A DNA stretch of 63,913 bases, filler included, from Deltaproteobacteria bacterium (GTDB lineage Bacteria > JAUYMQ01), in NCBI GenBank assembly GCA_030698575.1. It is 10 parts of 10 records of this genome, joined end to end, with 100 filler letters (N's around TTAATTAATTAA, not from the genome) between each part and the next. Parts side by side here need not be neighbours in the genome. Positions count along the whole stretch, not along the records: positions 17,722 to 36,002 come from JAUYMQ010000268.1; 9 more parts are not named here. One strand, written 5' to 3'. Shown here piece after piece: positions 19,655 to 29,420 of the stretch. The translations under genes and the position numbers were made by a program. Within the stretch, counting starts at the first letter, position 1; each line of letters opens with the position of its first letter. The notes beneath the pieces are model-generated. The model searched no databases and was not told the DNA's origin. It saw nothing but the letters and a program-made list of their open reading frames with translations.

Positions 19655-20640
19655 GCGGGCGCCTCGATGGCTGCATCCAGCCCCGCCGCCCGCAGCGCCT
19701 CCGCGAGGAGCGGCGTCAGCGCCGCCTCATTCCCCGCCTCGGGAGTAATGAAGGGCAGCGTCCAGATCGGCGCCCGAGTGCTCGCGAGCGTGCCCAGGTG
19801 ACGGGCGAAAGAATCCTGCTTCCGCAGGAGGATGCGATTGGCGTGCAGCACCGCCCGCATCGCCTCGGCGCCCGCGGCGCCTTCGATGGCCGAGAGCGCC
19901 GGGTCCGTCCGGAGTCGCGCGGAGCGGGGGCCGGGGAGCGGGCCCACGTCGCGAATGCCCCCGAGAAGACCGTTCACGACGATGCCGGCTGAAGCGGGGG
20001 AGGGGAGCGACTGGAGGCGTTGCCAGAGATCGCGGGCCTCGAGCACGGGAAGTTCCTCGGGCAGGGTGGCGATCAGGATCTGCGTGCGCGAGGGATCGGC
20101 AAGGAGCGCGTAGATGTCCGCCGCGTCGCGCGCGAACACGCCCGTCTTGAGGATCTGCACGACGACCTGGGGGAGCTGGAGAAGAAACAGGACGAGCCCC
20201 GTCGACGGGGCGTCGAAGACGATGAGATCAAAGCGAGGACGGTTCTTTCGTTCCTCTTGCTCGAAAGCCCGGAGCTGCCACAGCACCATCAGTTCACGGA
20301 GGCCCGGGAAGAACGCGACGGTCCGGCGGACGCTCGGCCGGTCGAAGACCGCCCGGTAGAGCGCCTCGAAGCGGACGCGGCGAAGCACATAGGATCGCAG
20401 CGCCGCCTCAGCCTCGATGCGCACGCCCCAGAGGCCGCGCTCGAGCCGCACGGGATCAGAGGGCAGTGGCGGGACGCCGAAGAGCGCGTGCAGGCGGCCC
20501 GGATGGTCGCCGCGCAGCGCCGCCTCGACGAGCAGCACCCTCCGCCCGTTGCGCGCCGCATCGAGCGCCATCGCCGAGGCGAGCGCGCTCTTTCCGCAGC
20601 CGCCCTTGCCGGTGAATATGAGAAGCCTGCGCGTGCTGAT
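19651..20640 (-). CDS. ArsA/GET3-family ATPase partner subunit (start uncertain)
   Basis: GKGGCGKS, PGLREL and DAPSTG; ATGA-coupled to its partner. Confidence 0.85.
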   Translation of the reverse strand: MSTRRLLIFTGKGGCGKSALASAMALDAARNGRRVLLVEAALRGDHPGRLHALFGVPPLPSDPVRLERGLWGVRIEAEAALRSYVLRRVRFEALYRAVFDRPSVRRTVAFFPGLRELMVLWQLRAFEQEERKNRPRFDLIVFDAPSTGLVLFLLQLPQVVVQILKTGVFARDAADIYALLADPSRTQILIATLPEELPVLEARDLWQRLQSLPSPASAGIVVNGLLGGIRDVGPLPGPRSARLRTDPALSAIEGAAGAEAMRAVLHANRILLRKQDSFARHLGTLASTRAPIWTLPFITPEAGNEAALTPLLAEALRAAGLDAAIEAPA

Positions 20641-20670
20641 GGTGGCCTCCGTGGCGGGAGCAAGATCACA

Positions 20671-20705
20671 ACAAAATCCCCGGGGCGGCGGCCCGGGGAT
20701 TTTGT
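20671..20705. terminator. Terminator-like perfect hairpin
   Basis: ACAAAATCCCCGGG-N7-CCCGGGGATTTTGT. Confidence 0.7.
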
Positions 20706-20809
20706 CCTGCAAAGAGCGAACGGTGGTAAGGGCAAGCTCCTGCGAGCCCCCCTCACCACCGTTCGCGCGGAAAACGAAAAAGCCCGCCGCCGGCGTCCGT
20801 GAGACGCGG

Positions 20810-21313
20810 TCAGGGCAGGCGGGAACCCTCCCGGAGGCCGCTGGCCTCCCACTCCTCGGCCAGCTTGGTCAGCTTGCGCTGGAATTCGGTGAAGTCGTCG
20901 TCGAAGGAAAGAATGATCTCGGTAGTGCGGGGAATGTCGTCGCCATCCATGAGGCCCCGGTAGCGGTTCAGGTTCGCCAGGATGGCCTCGGCAACCTTGA
21001 GAGCGCGCTTCTCGGTCTTGATTAGCGGTGACTGGAGCGTGTAGACGTTGTTGCGGCCCCAGAGGCTCTCGTCGCGCACTATCGCGATTTCACGGTACAC
21101 GTTGCTGATCGGATCGAAGTTGTACTCGACGCGGACCTCCTTGAAGACATCCGAGTAACCGGAGTAGAAGCCGCGCTCGTTCTCGATCTTCCCGAGCTGG
21201 CGGCAGCGCGGGCAGTAGAACGTGTCGCCGTGGTTGAGTAGAAATACCCCCTTGACGTAGTCCTCACACTGAGTGGACTCACAGTACCCGACACCCCTTC
21301 GCATTCGTGCCAT
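20810..21313 (-). CDS. Hypothetical protein with N-terminal Zn-ribbon (Cx4C...CxxC), 167 aa
   Basis: SD GGAGAG; strong GC3 codon bias; globular composition. Confidence 0.85.
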   Translation of the reverse strand: MARMRRGVGYCESTQCEDYVKGVFLLNHGDTFYCPRCRQLGKIENERGFYSGYSDVFKEVRVEYNFDPISNVYREIAIVRDESLWGRNNVYTLQSPLIKTEKRALKVAEAILANLNRYRGLMDGDDIPRTTEIILSFDDDFTEFQRKLTKLAEEWEASGLREGSRLP

Positions 21314-21540
21314 GCTCTCCAAACCTCTTTCTGCGGAATGAACGCTGCCAGTCCCAGGGTCGCCTTGCCGCGCGGCCGTCCGTGGCAGGAACGGCCAAGA
21401 ACGCGCGGTTGCGCGGCCCGCCGGTGATTGGCCGTAGCCAGTTCACCCGCCCGGGCCGCCCGGGGACGTAAGCGCTCCGTGCCGCCCAGGGCGGCACCAG
21501 CTCACGCCGAACCACAAAGCACTGCGCCTTTGGTGGCGCA
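21314..21540 (-). ncRNA. Candidate structured 5' leader RNA, family unknown
   Basis: Five stem-loops, including a C(UACG)G tetraloop. Confidence 0.45.
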
Positions 21541-21550
21541 CACCTGAAAA

Positions 21551-21566
21551 TGCGAACTTCGTGCCA
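21551..21566 (-). promoter_or_regulatory. Putative sigma54 promoter
   Basis: TGGCACGAAGTTCGCA (GG-N10-GC). Confidence 0.65.
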
Positions 21567-21883
21567 AACGGGTGTTTTTTCGGAAGCGCCCGTTTAAGCG
21601 AGGAATTCTACGACTTTGGAAGGTCCCGAATTCCGGACGGGAATGCCCGGAAGGTAGCCTAAGTTACTTTTTCGGCAGAGTTTTACCACCCGGCAGTCTG
21701 CTTGAGACAGGCTCTGAATGCAAGTGAAATCTGGGCAGAAATTCCCGCTGAGCGCCGCTCTCCCGCCCCCCCGCCGGCCCGCCGCCGCGGCGGCCCAGCC
21801 GTCCGCAGGAACCCTTCGGGAGGGCAGTTTTTCCCGTCGCACCGGGGGATAGGCGTCCCTGTGGTCAAGCCCCCCCGGCCCCG

Positions 21884-23116
21884 TCAGACCGGAAGCCGGG
21901 GCAGCAGCCGGTCGACCAAGCCGAGGGTTCGCCGGAGCTTCCCGTCGAAAAGGATGGCCGGGCCGAGGGGCGCCGGAATGAGGCGCACAAGCGCGAGGGC
22001 CACGCCCGCCCGCACGGCGCGATCGAGGATGTTGCGGAAGGCGATGCCGGCCTTCAGGGGGCCACCGAACTGCGCGCGCCAGCGCGTCTCGTAGACGCGG
22101 AGCGCGTCGCGCCCGAACTCGCCGCGCTTCACGGCGCCGGCGGCGATCTCGCCGGCGAGCTTCCCGCCCGCCATCGCGTAGTAAATCCCGTCGCCCAGCG
22201 CCCCCACGTGTCCGGCGAAATCTCCGCAGGCAAGCAGGCGATCGGTGAAGGTCCGATCGAGGGCGCCCGACACCGGGATTGATCCGCCCACCTCGAGCGT
22301 CATGCGCGCGCCGCGGAGTGAGGGCTGCGTCGCCGCGACCCGCTCGAACTCCCGCCGCAGGTTGATCCCGAGTCCCGGCCGGTTCAGGTAGCCGAGACCG
22401 ACGTTCGCTTTCGTCGCCGTGTAGGGGAAGATCCAGAAGTAGTTCAGCGTGCCGAAGCCGTCGAGCAGATCGATGCGCCAGGTGAGATCGGGCAGGTCGC
22501 ACCCCTCATAGCGCCCGCCGTAAGCGACAACCATTTCGTGTCTGCGTGACGTCATGCCAAGCTTCCGCGGTAGCTTGTCGTCCGGCCCCTTCGCCAGGAT
22601 CGCCATGCGCGCGCGGATGGTCCCGTCAGACGTCTTTACAAAGACCGCCTCGGGCGTCTCGGTCACGTCGAGGAGTCGCGTGTCAAGGCGCAACTGTGGC
22701 AAGACGGGCTCGGCCAGTGCGCGCTCGAACGCCGGGCGATTCAGCTCGAAAGTGTCGATGGAGAAGCGCTTTTGGAGGGCGCCGTAGACGAACACCTGGC
22801 GCCGGGAGAGCGTGCCGTACTCATGCAGATCGAAGTCGAGGCCGAGCCCCTCGATCTCGTGCAGCAGGACGCCCTCTCCGCAGGCAAGCGGCAGGCCTAT
22901 GCAGCTCTTCTTGTCGATGACGGCGAAGTCCACGCCGCGCTCTCTGAGCGCGCGCGCCGCCATGAGGCCGGCCGGGCCGGCGCCGATCACAACCACGTCG
23001 ACGCGATCAGCGAGCGGCGCGCCGGGCTTCGCGTCATTCTTGTCGGCTGGCTTGTCGGCTGGCTTGTCGGCTGGCTTGTCGGCTGGCGTATCGCCAGGCG
23101 TATCGGTTGGGGGCAT
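21884..23116 (-). CDS. Geranylgeranyl reductase-family FAD oxidoreductase
   Basis: GAGPAG, CGEG, YFWIFP, NVGLG and GD...GDGIYYAM motifs. Confidence 0.85.
   Translation of the reverse strand: MPPTDTPGDTPADKPADKPADKPADKNDAKPGAPLADRVDVVVIGAGPAGLMAARALRERGVDFAVIDKKSCIGLPLACGEGVLLHEIEGLGLDFDLHEYGTLSRRQVFVYGALQKRFSIDTFELNRPAFERALAEPVLPQLRLDTRLLDVTETPEAVFVKTSDGTIRARMAILAKGPDDKLPRKLGMTSRRHEMVVAYGGRYEGCDLPDLTWRIDLLDGFGTLNYFWIFPYTATKANVGLGYLNRPGLGINLRREFERVAATQPSLRGARMTLEVGGSIPVSGALDRTFTDRLLACGDFAGHVGALGDGIYYAMAGGKLAGEIAAGAVKRGEFGRDALRVYETRWRAQFGGPLKAGIAFRNILDRAVRAGVALALVRLIPAPLGPAILFDGKLRRTLGLVDRLLPRLPV
23039..23086. repeat. Coding 12-bp tandem repeat x4 (PADK)
   Basis: (CTTGTCGGCTGG)4. Confidence 0.9.
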
Positions 23117-23363
23117 CACGCGGTATCCGGAAGGTCAGGGATGTCGTGAGGCGCTTCAGTGACGGCGCCGCCACAGCTTGGGGCACCGCGTCATGCCTGT
23201 CAAACCCGGGCCCGGATCGCGCGCGCCGCGCAGCGCCTGAGCCGCGCCGGCCGGAGGCGGGCGGCCTTGAAATGACGCCGGTCGCGTGCTAACAGGTGGG
23301 CGTCCCGGTGCCCCGGGGCATCGATGGCCGCGGGTATTCCGCTTCAGGCTTTGGGGAACTGGG

Positions 23364-24833
23364 ATGGGGATTGTCACAGCCGGGTGCGTCGGGCTTGCTA
23401 TCATCTTGTTCCTGGTGATAGCGGAGTTGATGCGGCGCCGCCTGCACGTCGATCCGGATCTCACGCGCAAGTTCGTCCACCTCGCCACGGGGGCGCTCGT
23501 ATTCTTTGCGCCCGCATTCTTTGCATCCGCCACTCCTCCCATCATCATCTCGGCCCTCTTCGTGCTGTTCCTCCTCGTGGCCTTGAGCCGTGGCTGGCTC
23601 CCGGGCATCCAGGGCACGGCCGAGAACCGCTTCGGGCCGCTCTACTTCGGCCTCACCTTCCTGATCCTCACGGTTCTCTGCTGGGACACCGAGATGGCCG
23701 TGCTCATGGCCGGCATGCAGGTGCTTACCTGGGGGGACGGCCTCGCCGCCATCGTCGGGGGGCGCTACGGGCGCCGCCCGTTCACGGTGATCAAGGGGCA
23801 AAAGACGGTCGAGGGGACCGTAACGATGTTCGTGGCGAGCTTCCTGGCGCTCGCCGGCACCCTGGCCTGGTTCGGAACGGCTTCCCCGGCCATCATTCTC
23901 TGGATCGCCCTCACGGTGGCGCTGCTCTCGACGGCCGTCGAGCTCGTCACGCCGCCCGGGCTCGACAACCTGACCATCGGCCTCGCCGCGGCCTTCTTCA
24001 CGCACTTCATGCTGAACGCGTCGCCGGCGGACAACGTCGTGCTCACGCTCGGCGTTCTCATGAGCCTCGGCGTGGCCGTCACCGGTTACCGCTCGCGCTC
24101 GCTGGATCTCTCGGGCGCCCTGGCGTCCTTCATCCTCGGCACGGTCATCTTCGGGGTCGGCGGCTGGCGCTGGACGATTCCGATTCTCGTCTTCTTTGTC
24201 TCGTCCACGCTTGTCGGGAGGCTCGGCCGCGACAAGCGGGCGGGAATCGAGCTGGTCGTGGCAAAGGGAGGGGCCCGCGACGTCTATCAGTCGATGGCGA
24301 ACGGCGGGCTCGCGATGTGCATCATCCTTCTCTGGTACTTCTTCCAGGATGCGCGGCTCTACTACGTCTTCCTCGGCACGCTGGCCGCCGTCACCGCCGA
24401 CACCTGGTCGAGCGAGATCGGCGTCCTCTCGAAGAAACCCCCGGTTTCGATGACGACTGGAAAGCCGGTTCCGCGGGGGCTCTCGGGCGGGGTCACCCGC
24501 CTGGGCTTCATCGCCGGGCTCATCGGCTCGCTTCTCGTTGTATCGACGGGCCTCTTCTTCGATCCCAAGCTCTCGATCGGCAATGATATCTTCTTCGTGA
24601 TCCTCGTCGCGGGCTTCCTCGGCAGCGTGAGCGACAGCTACCTCGGCGCCACGCTCCAGGGGATCTTTCGCTGCCCCTCCTGCGAGAACCTCACCGAGCG
24701 GCGCATCCACTGCGACGAGCAGGAGACGGTCCTTCACTCGGGCTCCCGCTTCGTGAACAATGATCTGGTGAACGTGATGTGCGGGTTCTCCGGCGGGCTC
24801 TTCGTCTTCCTGGCGCTTGCGCTGGTTCGCTGA
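23364..24833 (+). CDS. Phytol/dolichol kinase-like (CTP-dependent) plus DUF92 fusion membrane protein
   Basis: RKFVH, GDGLAAIVG...KTVEG and DNL; then ADTWSSEIG, SGGVT, DSYLGATLQ and NNDLVN. Confidence 0.85.
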   Translation: MGIVTAGCVGLAIILFLVIAELMRRRLHVDPDLTRKFVHLATGALVFFAPAFFASATPPIIISALFVLFLLVALSRGWLPGIQGTAENRFGPLYFGLTFLILTVLCWDTEMAVLMAGMQVLTWGDGLAAIVGGRYGRRPFTVIKGQKTVEGTVTMFVASFLALAGTLAWFGTASPAIILWIALTVALLSTAVELVTPPGLDNLTIGLAAAFFTHFMLNASPADNVVLTLGVLMSLGVAVTGYRSRSLDLSGALASFILGTVIFGVGGWRWTIPILVFFVSSTLVGRLGRDKRAGIELVVAKGGARDVYQSMANGGLAMCIILLWYFFQDARLYYVFLGTLAAVTADTWSSEIGVLSKKPPVSMTTGKPVPRGLSGGVTRLGFIAGLIGSLLVVSTGLFFDPKLSIGNDIFFVILVAGFLGSVSDSYLGATLQGIFRCPSCENLTERRIHCDEQETVLHSGSRFVNNDLVNVMCGFSGGLFVFLALALVR

Positions 24834-24847
24834 TCCCGCGCACGCAC

Positions 24848-24887
24848 GTCATTGCTTCGGCGCCCCTGCGGGGCGCCTCGCAATGAC
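24848..24887. repeat. GTCATTGC...GCAATGAC palindromic element between convergent genes
   Basis: Same family as the elements at 38576 and 51958. Confidence 0.75.
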
Positions 24888-24898
24888 ATGCGCGCCTG

Positions 24899-25828
24899 TC
24901 AGGACTTCCACTGGACGGTGGCACGGTGCGCGTAGGTCTCCGACTCGACCTGGATCGTGGTGTGGTCGATGTCGAACCTCTCCTTGAGTATCTCCTTGGC
25001 CTCGACGAGCTTTCCCCCGGCGTCCTTGAACCACTCGTCGTGCACGATGAGGTGAACGGAGAGCGCCGGCATTCCGCTCGTGATGCTCCAGACGTGGAGA
25101 TCGTGCACGGCATGGACGCCGGGAATCTTCCGCAGCGTCTCGCGGATCTCGACCGGATCGATGTGGAGGGGAGTTGCCTCGAGAAGGATGTCGACCGATT
25201 CACGCAGGAGCTGGAAAGCGCCGAAAAGAATGACGACGCCGATGATCGCGCTCATGAGCGGGTCGGCGGCGTTCCAGCCCGTGAAGCGGACCACGAGCGC
25301 GCTGACGATCACGCCGACGGAAGTCAGCGCGTCGCTCAGCACGTGCATCGCGGCGCCGCGGAGATTGATGCTCTCCTTCGAGCGAGAGACGATGGAATAG
25401 GAGAGCAGGTTTACCGCGAGGCCGATGGTCGCGACCATCAGAACGACGCCACTGCGGATCTCGGTCGGCGCCAGGAGTCGGCCGTAGGCCTCGTAGAAGA
25501 TGAAGCCGGCGATGCCGATGAGGAGCACGGCGTTCAGCAGCGCCGAGAGGATCTCCAGGCGGTACCAGCCGTAGGTGCGCCGGCGCCCGCCGGGCATGAC
25601 CGAGAAGGTCAGCGCCAGGAAAGCCAGCAGGAGCGCCGACAGATCGGTGAACATGTGGGCGGCGTCGGACAGCAGCGCGAGGCTGCCGCTCAGAAGGCCG
25701 CCCGCCAGCTCGACCACCAGCACCGTGCCGGTGAGCAGGGCGGCGAGAAGCAGCCTTCGCCGTTCCGCCGAACGGGTTTCCTGGTCGCGACGCCCGCGGG
25801 GAGCGGGGCTTGGTTTCTGTGCTGCCAA
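24899..25828 (-). CDS. Cation diffusion facilitator (CzcD/ZitB-like)
   Basis: SLALLSDAAHMFTD, HVLSD, HDLHVW and HTTIQVE motifs. Confidence 0.93.
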   Translation of the reverse strand: MAAQKPSPAPRGRRDQETRSAERRRLLLAALLTGTVLVVELAGGLLSGSLALLSDAAHMFTDLSALLLAFLALTFSVMPGGRRRTYGWYRLEILSALLNAVLLIGIAGFIFYEAYGRLLAPTEIRSGVVLMVATIGLAVNLLSYSIVSRSKESINLRGAAMHVLSDALTSVGVIVSALVVRFTGWNAADPLMSAIIGVVILFGAFQLLRESVDILLEATPLHIDPVEIRETLRKIPGVHAVHDLHVWSITSGMPALSVHLIVHDEWFKDAGGKLVEAKEILKERFDIDHTTIQVESETYAHRATVQWKS

Positions 25829-25966
25829 ATGACTCCTCGCGCACGGGCTATACTGATAGTCCGTCCCGGCCGGTACGGGGCAATATTCTAGCCGCCGCGC
25901 GCCGGCGTGACCAGGAAGCCTTGCAGCGTCCGGGGCCGCGTGATAGGCCCTAGCTCGGGAGCAGCC

Positions 25967-27676
25967 ATGCGCCTTTCCCATCTTGTGCGCATTCCGCGGA
26001 CCCTGGGGAACATCGCCCGGGGGCGCGAGATCATCGCCATCATCACCCGCTACGGGTTCGACGATCTCCTCGATCGAACGGGGCTCGCGCCCCGGTACGC
26101 CCGCTTGCGGCGCCTGCTCGGCCGCCGGACGGCGGACGAGGCCGCGGCCCGGTACTCCACCGAGGCGCGGATCCGGATGGCCCTCGAGGCCCTGGGCCCG
26201 ACGTTCATCAAGTTCGGCCAGCTCCTGGCCACTCGTCCCGATCTCCTGCCCGAAGCGCTCATCGAAGAGTTGCGCAAGCTCCAGGACCGGGTGCCCCCCT
26301 TTCCCCTGGCCGAGGTCGAGGAGGTCATTTCGGCGGAACTGGGAAAGCCCATTTCAGCGCTCTTCACGGAGTTCGAGCCGGAGCCCCTCGGCGCCGCCTC
26401 CATCGCCCAGGTCCATCGGGCGCGGCTCGGCTCGGGTGAAATGGTCGTGGTGAAGGTCCGCCGCCCGAATATTCGCCGCGTGCTGCGCAACGATCTGGAC
26501 ATCCTGCAGGCTCTGGCCGCCCTCATCGAGGAGCGCATACCCGAGTCGCGCCAGTATCGCCCGGCGGGACTCGTCGAGGAGTTCGAGAAGTCGATCCTGG
26601 GGGAGATCGATTTCTCACGGGAGGTCTACCACCTGCAGCGTTTCGCGCGACTGCTGGCCGACGACGAGACCGTGCACGTGCCCCGGGCCTACGAGGCCTT
26701 CTGCACGTCACAGGTCATCACGATGGAGTACGTCGAGGGGATCAAGGTGGACTGCATCGCCGAGATCGACCGGGCGGGTGTCGACCGGAAAGCCGTGGCG
26801 GAGAACGGCACGCGGCTGGTCCTCAAGCAGGTCTTCGAGCTCGGCGCTTACCACGCCGATCCGCATCCGGGGAACTTTTTTGTTCTCCCGGACGGACGCA
26901 TCTGCCTGGTTGACTACGGGATGGTCGGCACGGTCGATCCGGAGCGCGTCGACGAGCTGCTGACCTTCATGGTCGCCGTCCTGACGAACGACATGAACCG
27001 CATGGTCCGGCTGTTCGGCGACATGGGACTTATCGACGATCAGGTCGACGTGCGGGGGCTGAAGGCGCAGACGGGAGAATTCGTCGGGCGCTACTCCGAT
27101 CTTCCCCTGAACCGGCTGGACGTCGGCCGGTACATGACCGAGCTTTTCGAGATCATCCAGCGCTATCACGTGCGAATACCCCCGGACATCCTGCTCATGG
27201 CCAAGACGGTGGCCACGATGGAGTCCGTCGCGCAATCGCTCGCGCCCGATTTCGATCCGTTCTCGGTGATGCGCCCCTACCTGGTGAGCCTCTATGTGCG
27301 CCGGATAACCGACCCCGCGTACCTGATGAAGGGGGCGGCCTCGACGATGGAGGACTACCGGCGCGTGGTCCGGATGCTCCCCGGCGCGGTGGAAGACGTG
27401 GTTCGCAAGCTCCGGCGCGGTGAACTGCGCCTGATGCTCGATCTCCCCGATGTCCGGGCCGACGCCGCCGCGCGCGCGGGGGCTGGCAACCGGGTGGCCG
27501 CGTCAGTGATCATCGCGGCCGAGATTCTCGTCTCGGCCCTCTTTCTCGTCTTCCCGGCAGGCCCGCTGCTGCTCGGGCTGCCGCTCTCCGTTCTCGCCGG
27601 CGGCGCGGGCCTCGCGCTCGGCGCCCTGGCCACCCTCGTCCTGGCCGCCTCCGTGTGGCGCAGCCGCCCCGCCTGA
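25967..27676 (+). CDS. AarF/UbiB (ABC1) family atypical kinase
   Basis: LGPTFIKFGQ, ASIAQVH, VVKV, HADPHPGN and DYGM motifs. Confidence 0.92.
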   Translation: MRLSHLVRIPRTLGNIARGREIIAIITRYGFDDLLDRTGLAPRYARLRRLLGRRTADEAAARYSTEARIRMALEALGPTFIKFGQLLATRPDLLPEALIEELRKLQDRVPPFPLAEVEEVISAELGKPISALFTEFEPEPLGAASIAQVHRARLGSGEMVVVKVRRPNIRRVLRNDLDILQALAALIEERIPESRQYRPAGLVEEFEKSILGEIDFSREVYHLQRFARLLADDETVHVPRAYEAFCTSQVITMEYVEGIKVDCIAEIDRAGVDRKAVAENGTRLVLKQVFELGAYHADPHPGNFFVLPDGRICLVDYGMVGTVDPERVDELLTFMVAVLTNDMNRMVRLFGDMGLIDDQVDVRGLKAQTGEFVGRYSDLPLNRLDVGRYMTELFEIIQRYHVRIPPDILLMAKTVATMESVAQSLAPDFDPFSVMRPYLVSLYVRRITDPAYLMKGAASTMEDYRRVVRMLPGAVEDVVRKLRRGELRLMLDLPDVRADAAARAGAGNRVAASVIIAAEILVSALFLVFPAGPLLLGLPLSVLAGGAGLALGALATLVLAASVWRSRPA

Positions 27677-27982
27677 CTTTGCCGCACGACACACCCATGT
27701 CGTTTCAAGAAGCCCTGCGCCTCGCTTGAAGAATGCGATGAGACGCGATTCAGAGGAATTTTCGGCCCGTGGAGTGGGGGGTTGGGCGAAGGACGCTTGT
27801 CCCGGGGCCAAGGCTCTGGTAAATAATAGGAAACAAGAACCCCCGGCTGCTCCGGCGGCGCCCCGTATTCATAGCTGCTGGATTCTTCCATCATTCTTCT
27901 CGCGACCACACCTGTGGATCGAGGCCTCGGCGGTCACGACGAGGCGCGGATCTCCGGGCCGGGCGTGAAAGGCCTGCCAGAC

Positions 27983-29416
27983 ATGGAGCCAGCCGAGCGC
28001 CAGGGTGGGCGCCTGATCGTCGTCTCCAACCGCGGACCCTTCCGCTTCAAGAAGGTGACAGAAGGGTTCCGGTCGGATCGCACGATCGGCGGTCTCGTCT
28101 CGGCGCTCGATCCGCTCCTCCGCCAGACCGGCGGCACCTGGGTCGCCTGGGACGACGAGTTCCGGAAGGGCGATCCCCTCGGAAGCCGCGTCAAGGTTCC
28201 GCTCAGCAAGCCCGAATACACCTTCCGGCGCCTTCATCTCACGAAGCGGGACGTGCGGCTTTTCTACCAGGGCTTCTCGAACCGGACCCTTTGGCCCCTC
28301 TGCCACTACTTCATGGATCGCTGCGAGTTCAAGGCCGATCAGTTCGAGCACTACCAGAAGGTGAACGAAATCTTTGCCGAAGCCACGAACGCCGAAGCCA
28401 GGGAAGGCGATACGATCTTCGTTCAGGACTACCATCTCGCCCTCGTGCCCGCGCAGCTCAAGCGCCTGGGAACGCGGGCCAACATCGCCTTCTTCTGGCA
28501 CATTCCGTTTCCACCCTGGGACGTCTTTCGAATTCTCCCCTGGCGCGAGCGCATCCTGGGCGGGCTGCTCGACGCCGATCTGATCGGCTTCCACACGCGG
28601 GGCTACGTCCGCCACTTCGCCACCTGCGCCAACAAGCTGTTCGGCGCGAAATGGGACGAGTCGACCGAGACTCTTCACCTGCCCGGCCGGAGCATCCAGG
28701 TGCGCGCCTGCCCGCTCGGAATCGAGTTCAACGAATACGAGAAGATCGCGCTGCAGCCCGAGACCCAGAAGCAGGCCGCGACCATTCGAAAGCATCTCGG
28801 CACCCCGATCATCATCCTGGGTGCCGATCGCGTCGACTACTCGAAGGGAATTCTCGAAAGGATGGAGGGCATCCAGCGATTCCTGGAGCTGTATCCCAGG
28901 TACCGGCGGAAGTTCTCCTTCGTGCAGATCGCCGTGCCGAGCCGGACGGAGGTGCCGGAGTACAAGACGATCATGAGCTCCATCGACGAGACGGTGGGGC
29001 GCATCAACGGCCGCTTCGCGGAGGAGGGGTGGACGCCCATCCACTACTACAGCCGCGCTTTCCCGAGGCAGCGGCTGGTAGCGCATTACCTGGCCGCCGA
29101 CATCGCGCTGCTCACGCCGCTTCGCGACGGCCTGAATCTCATCGCCAAGGAGTACGCCGCCTGCAAGCCCGACGACAATGGCACGCTCATCCTGAGCGAG
29201 TTCGCGGGCGCAGCCGACGAGATGGAAGAGGCGCTCATCGTCAATCCCTACAACGTGGACGAAGTCGCCAAGAAGCTGAAGATCGCCGTCGAGATGCCGG
29301 TGAAAGAGCGGAAGCGGCGCATGCACCGGCTCCGGGAGCAGACGGCTGCCCACGACATCGGCTGGTGGCGTGACGACTTTCTGGGCGGGCTCATCGGCTC
29401 GCTCGGAGGGCGCTAG
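27983..29416 (+). CDS. otsA: Trehalose-6-phosphate synthase
   Basis: [23 protein letters not shown] and [10 protein letters not shown] motifs. Confidence 0.95.
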   Translation: MEPAERQGGRLIVVSNRGPFRFKKVTEGFRSDRTIGGLVSALDPLLRQTGGTWVAWDDEFRKGDPLGSRVKVPLSKPEYTFRRLHLTKRDVRLFYQGFSNRTLWPLCHYFMDRCEFKADQFEHYQKVNEIFAEATNAEAREGDTIFVQDYHLALVPAQLKRLGTRANIAFFWHIPFPPWDVFRILPWRERILGGLLDADLIGFHTRGYVRHFATCANKLFGAKWDESTETLHLPGRSIQVRACPLGIEFNEYEKIALQPETQKQAATIRKHLGTPIIILGADRVDYSKGILERMEGIQRFLELYPRYRRKFSFVQIAVPSRTEVPEYKTIMSSIDETVGRINGRFAEEGWTPIHYYSRAFPRQRLVAHYLAADIALLTPLRDGLNLIAKEYAACKPDDNGTLILSEFAGAADEMEEALIVNPYNVDEVAKKLKIAVEMPVKERKRRMHRLREQTAAHDIGWWRDDFLGGLIGSLGGR

Positions 29417-29420
29417 CCCG

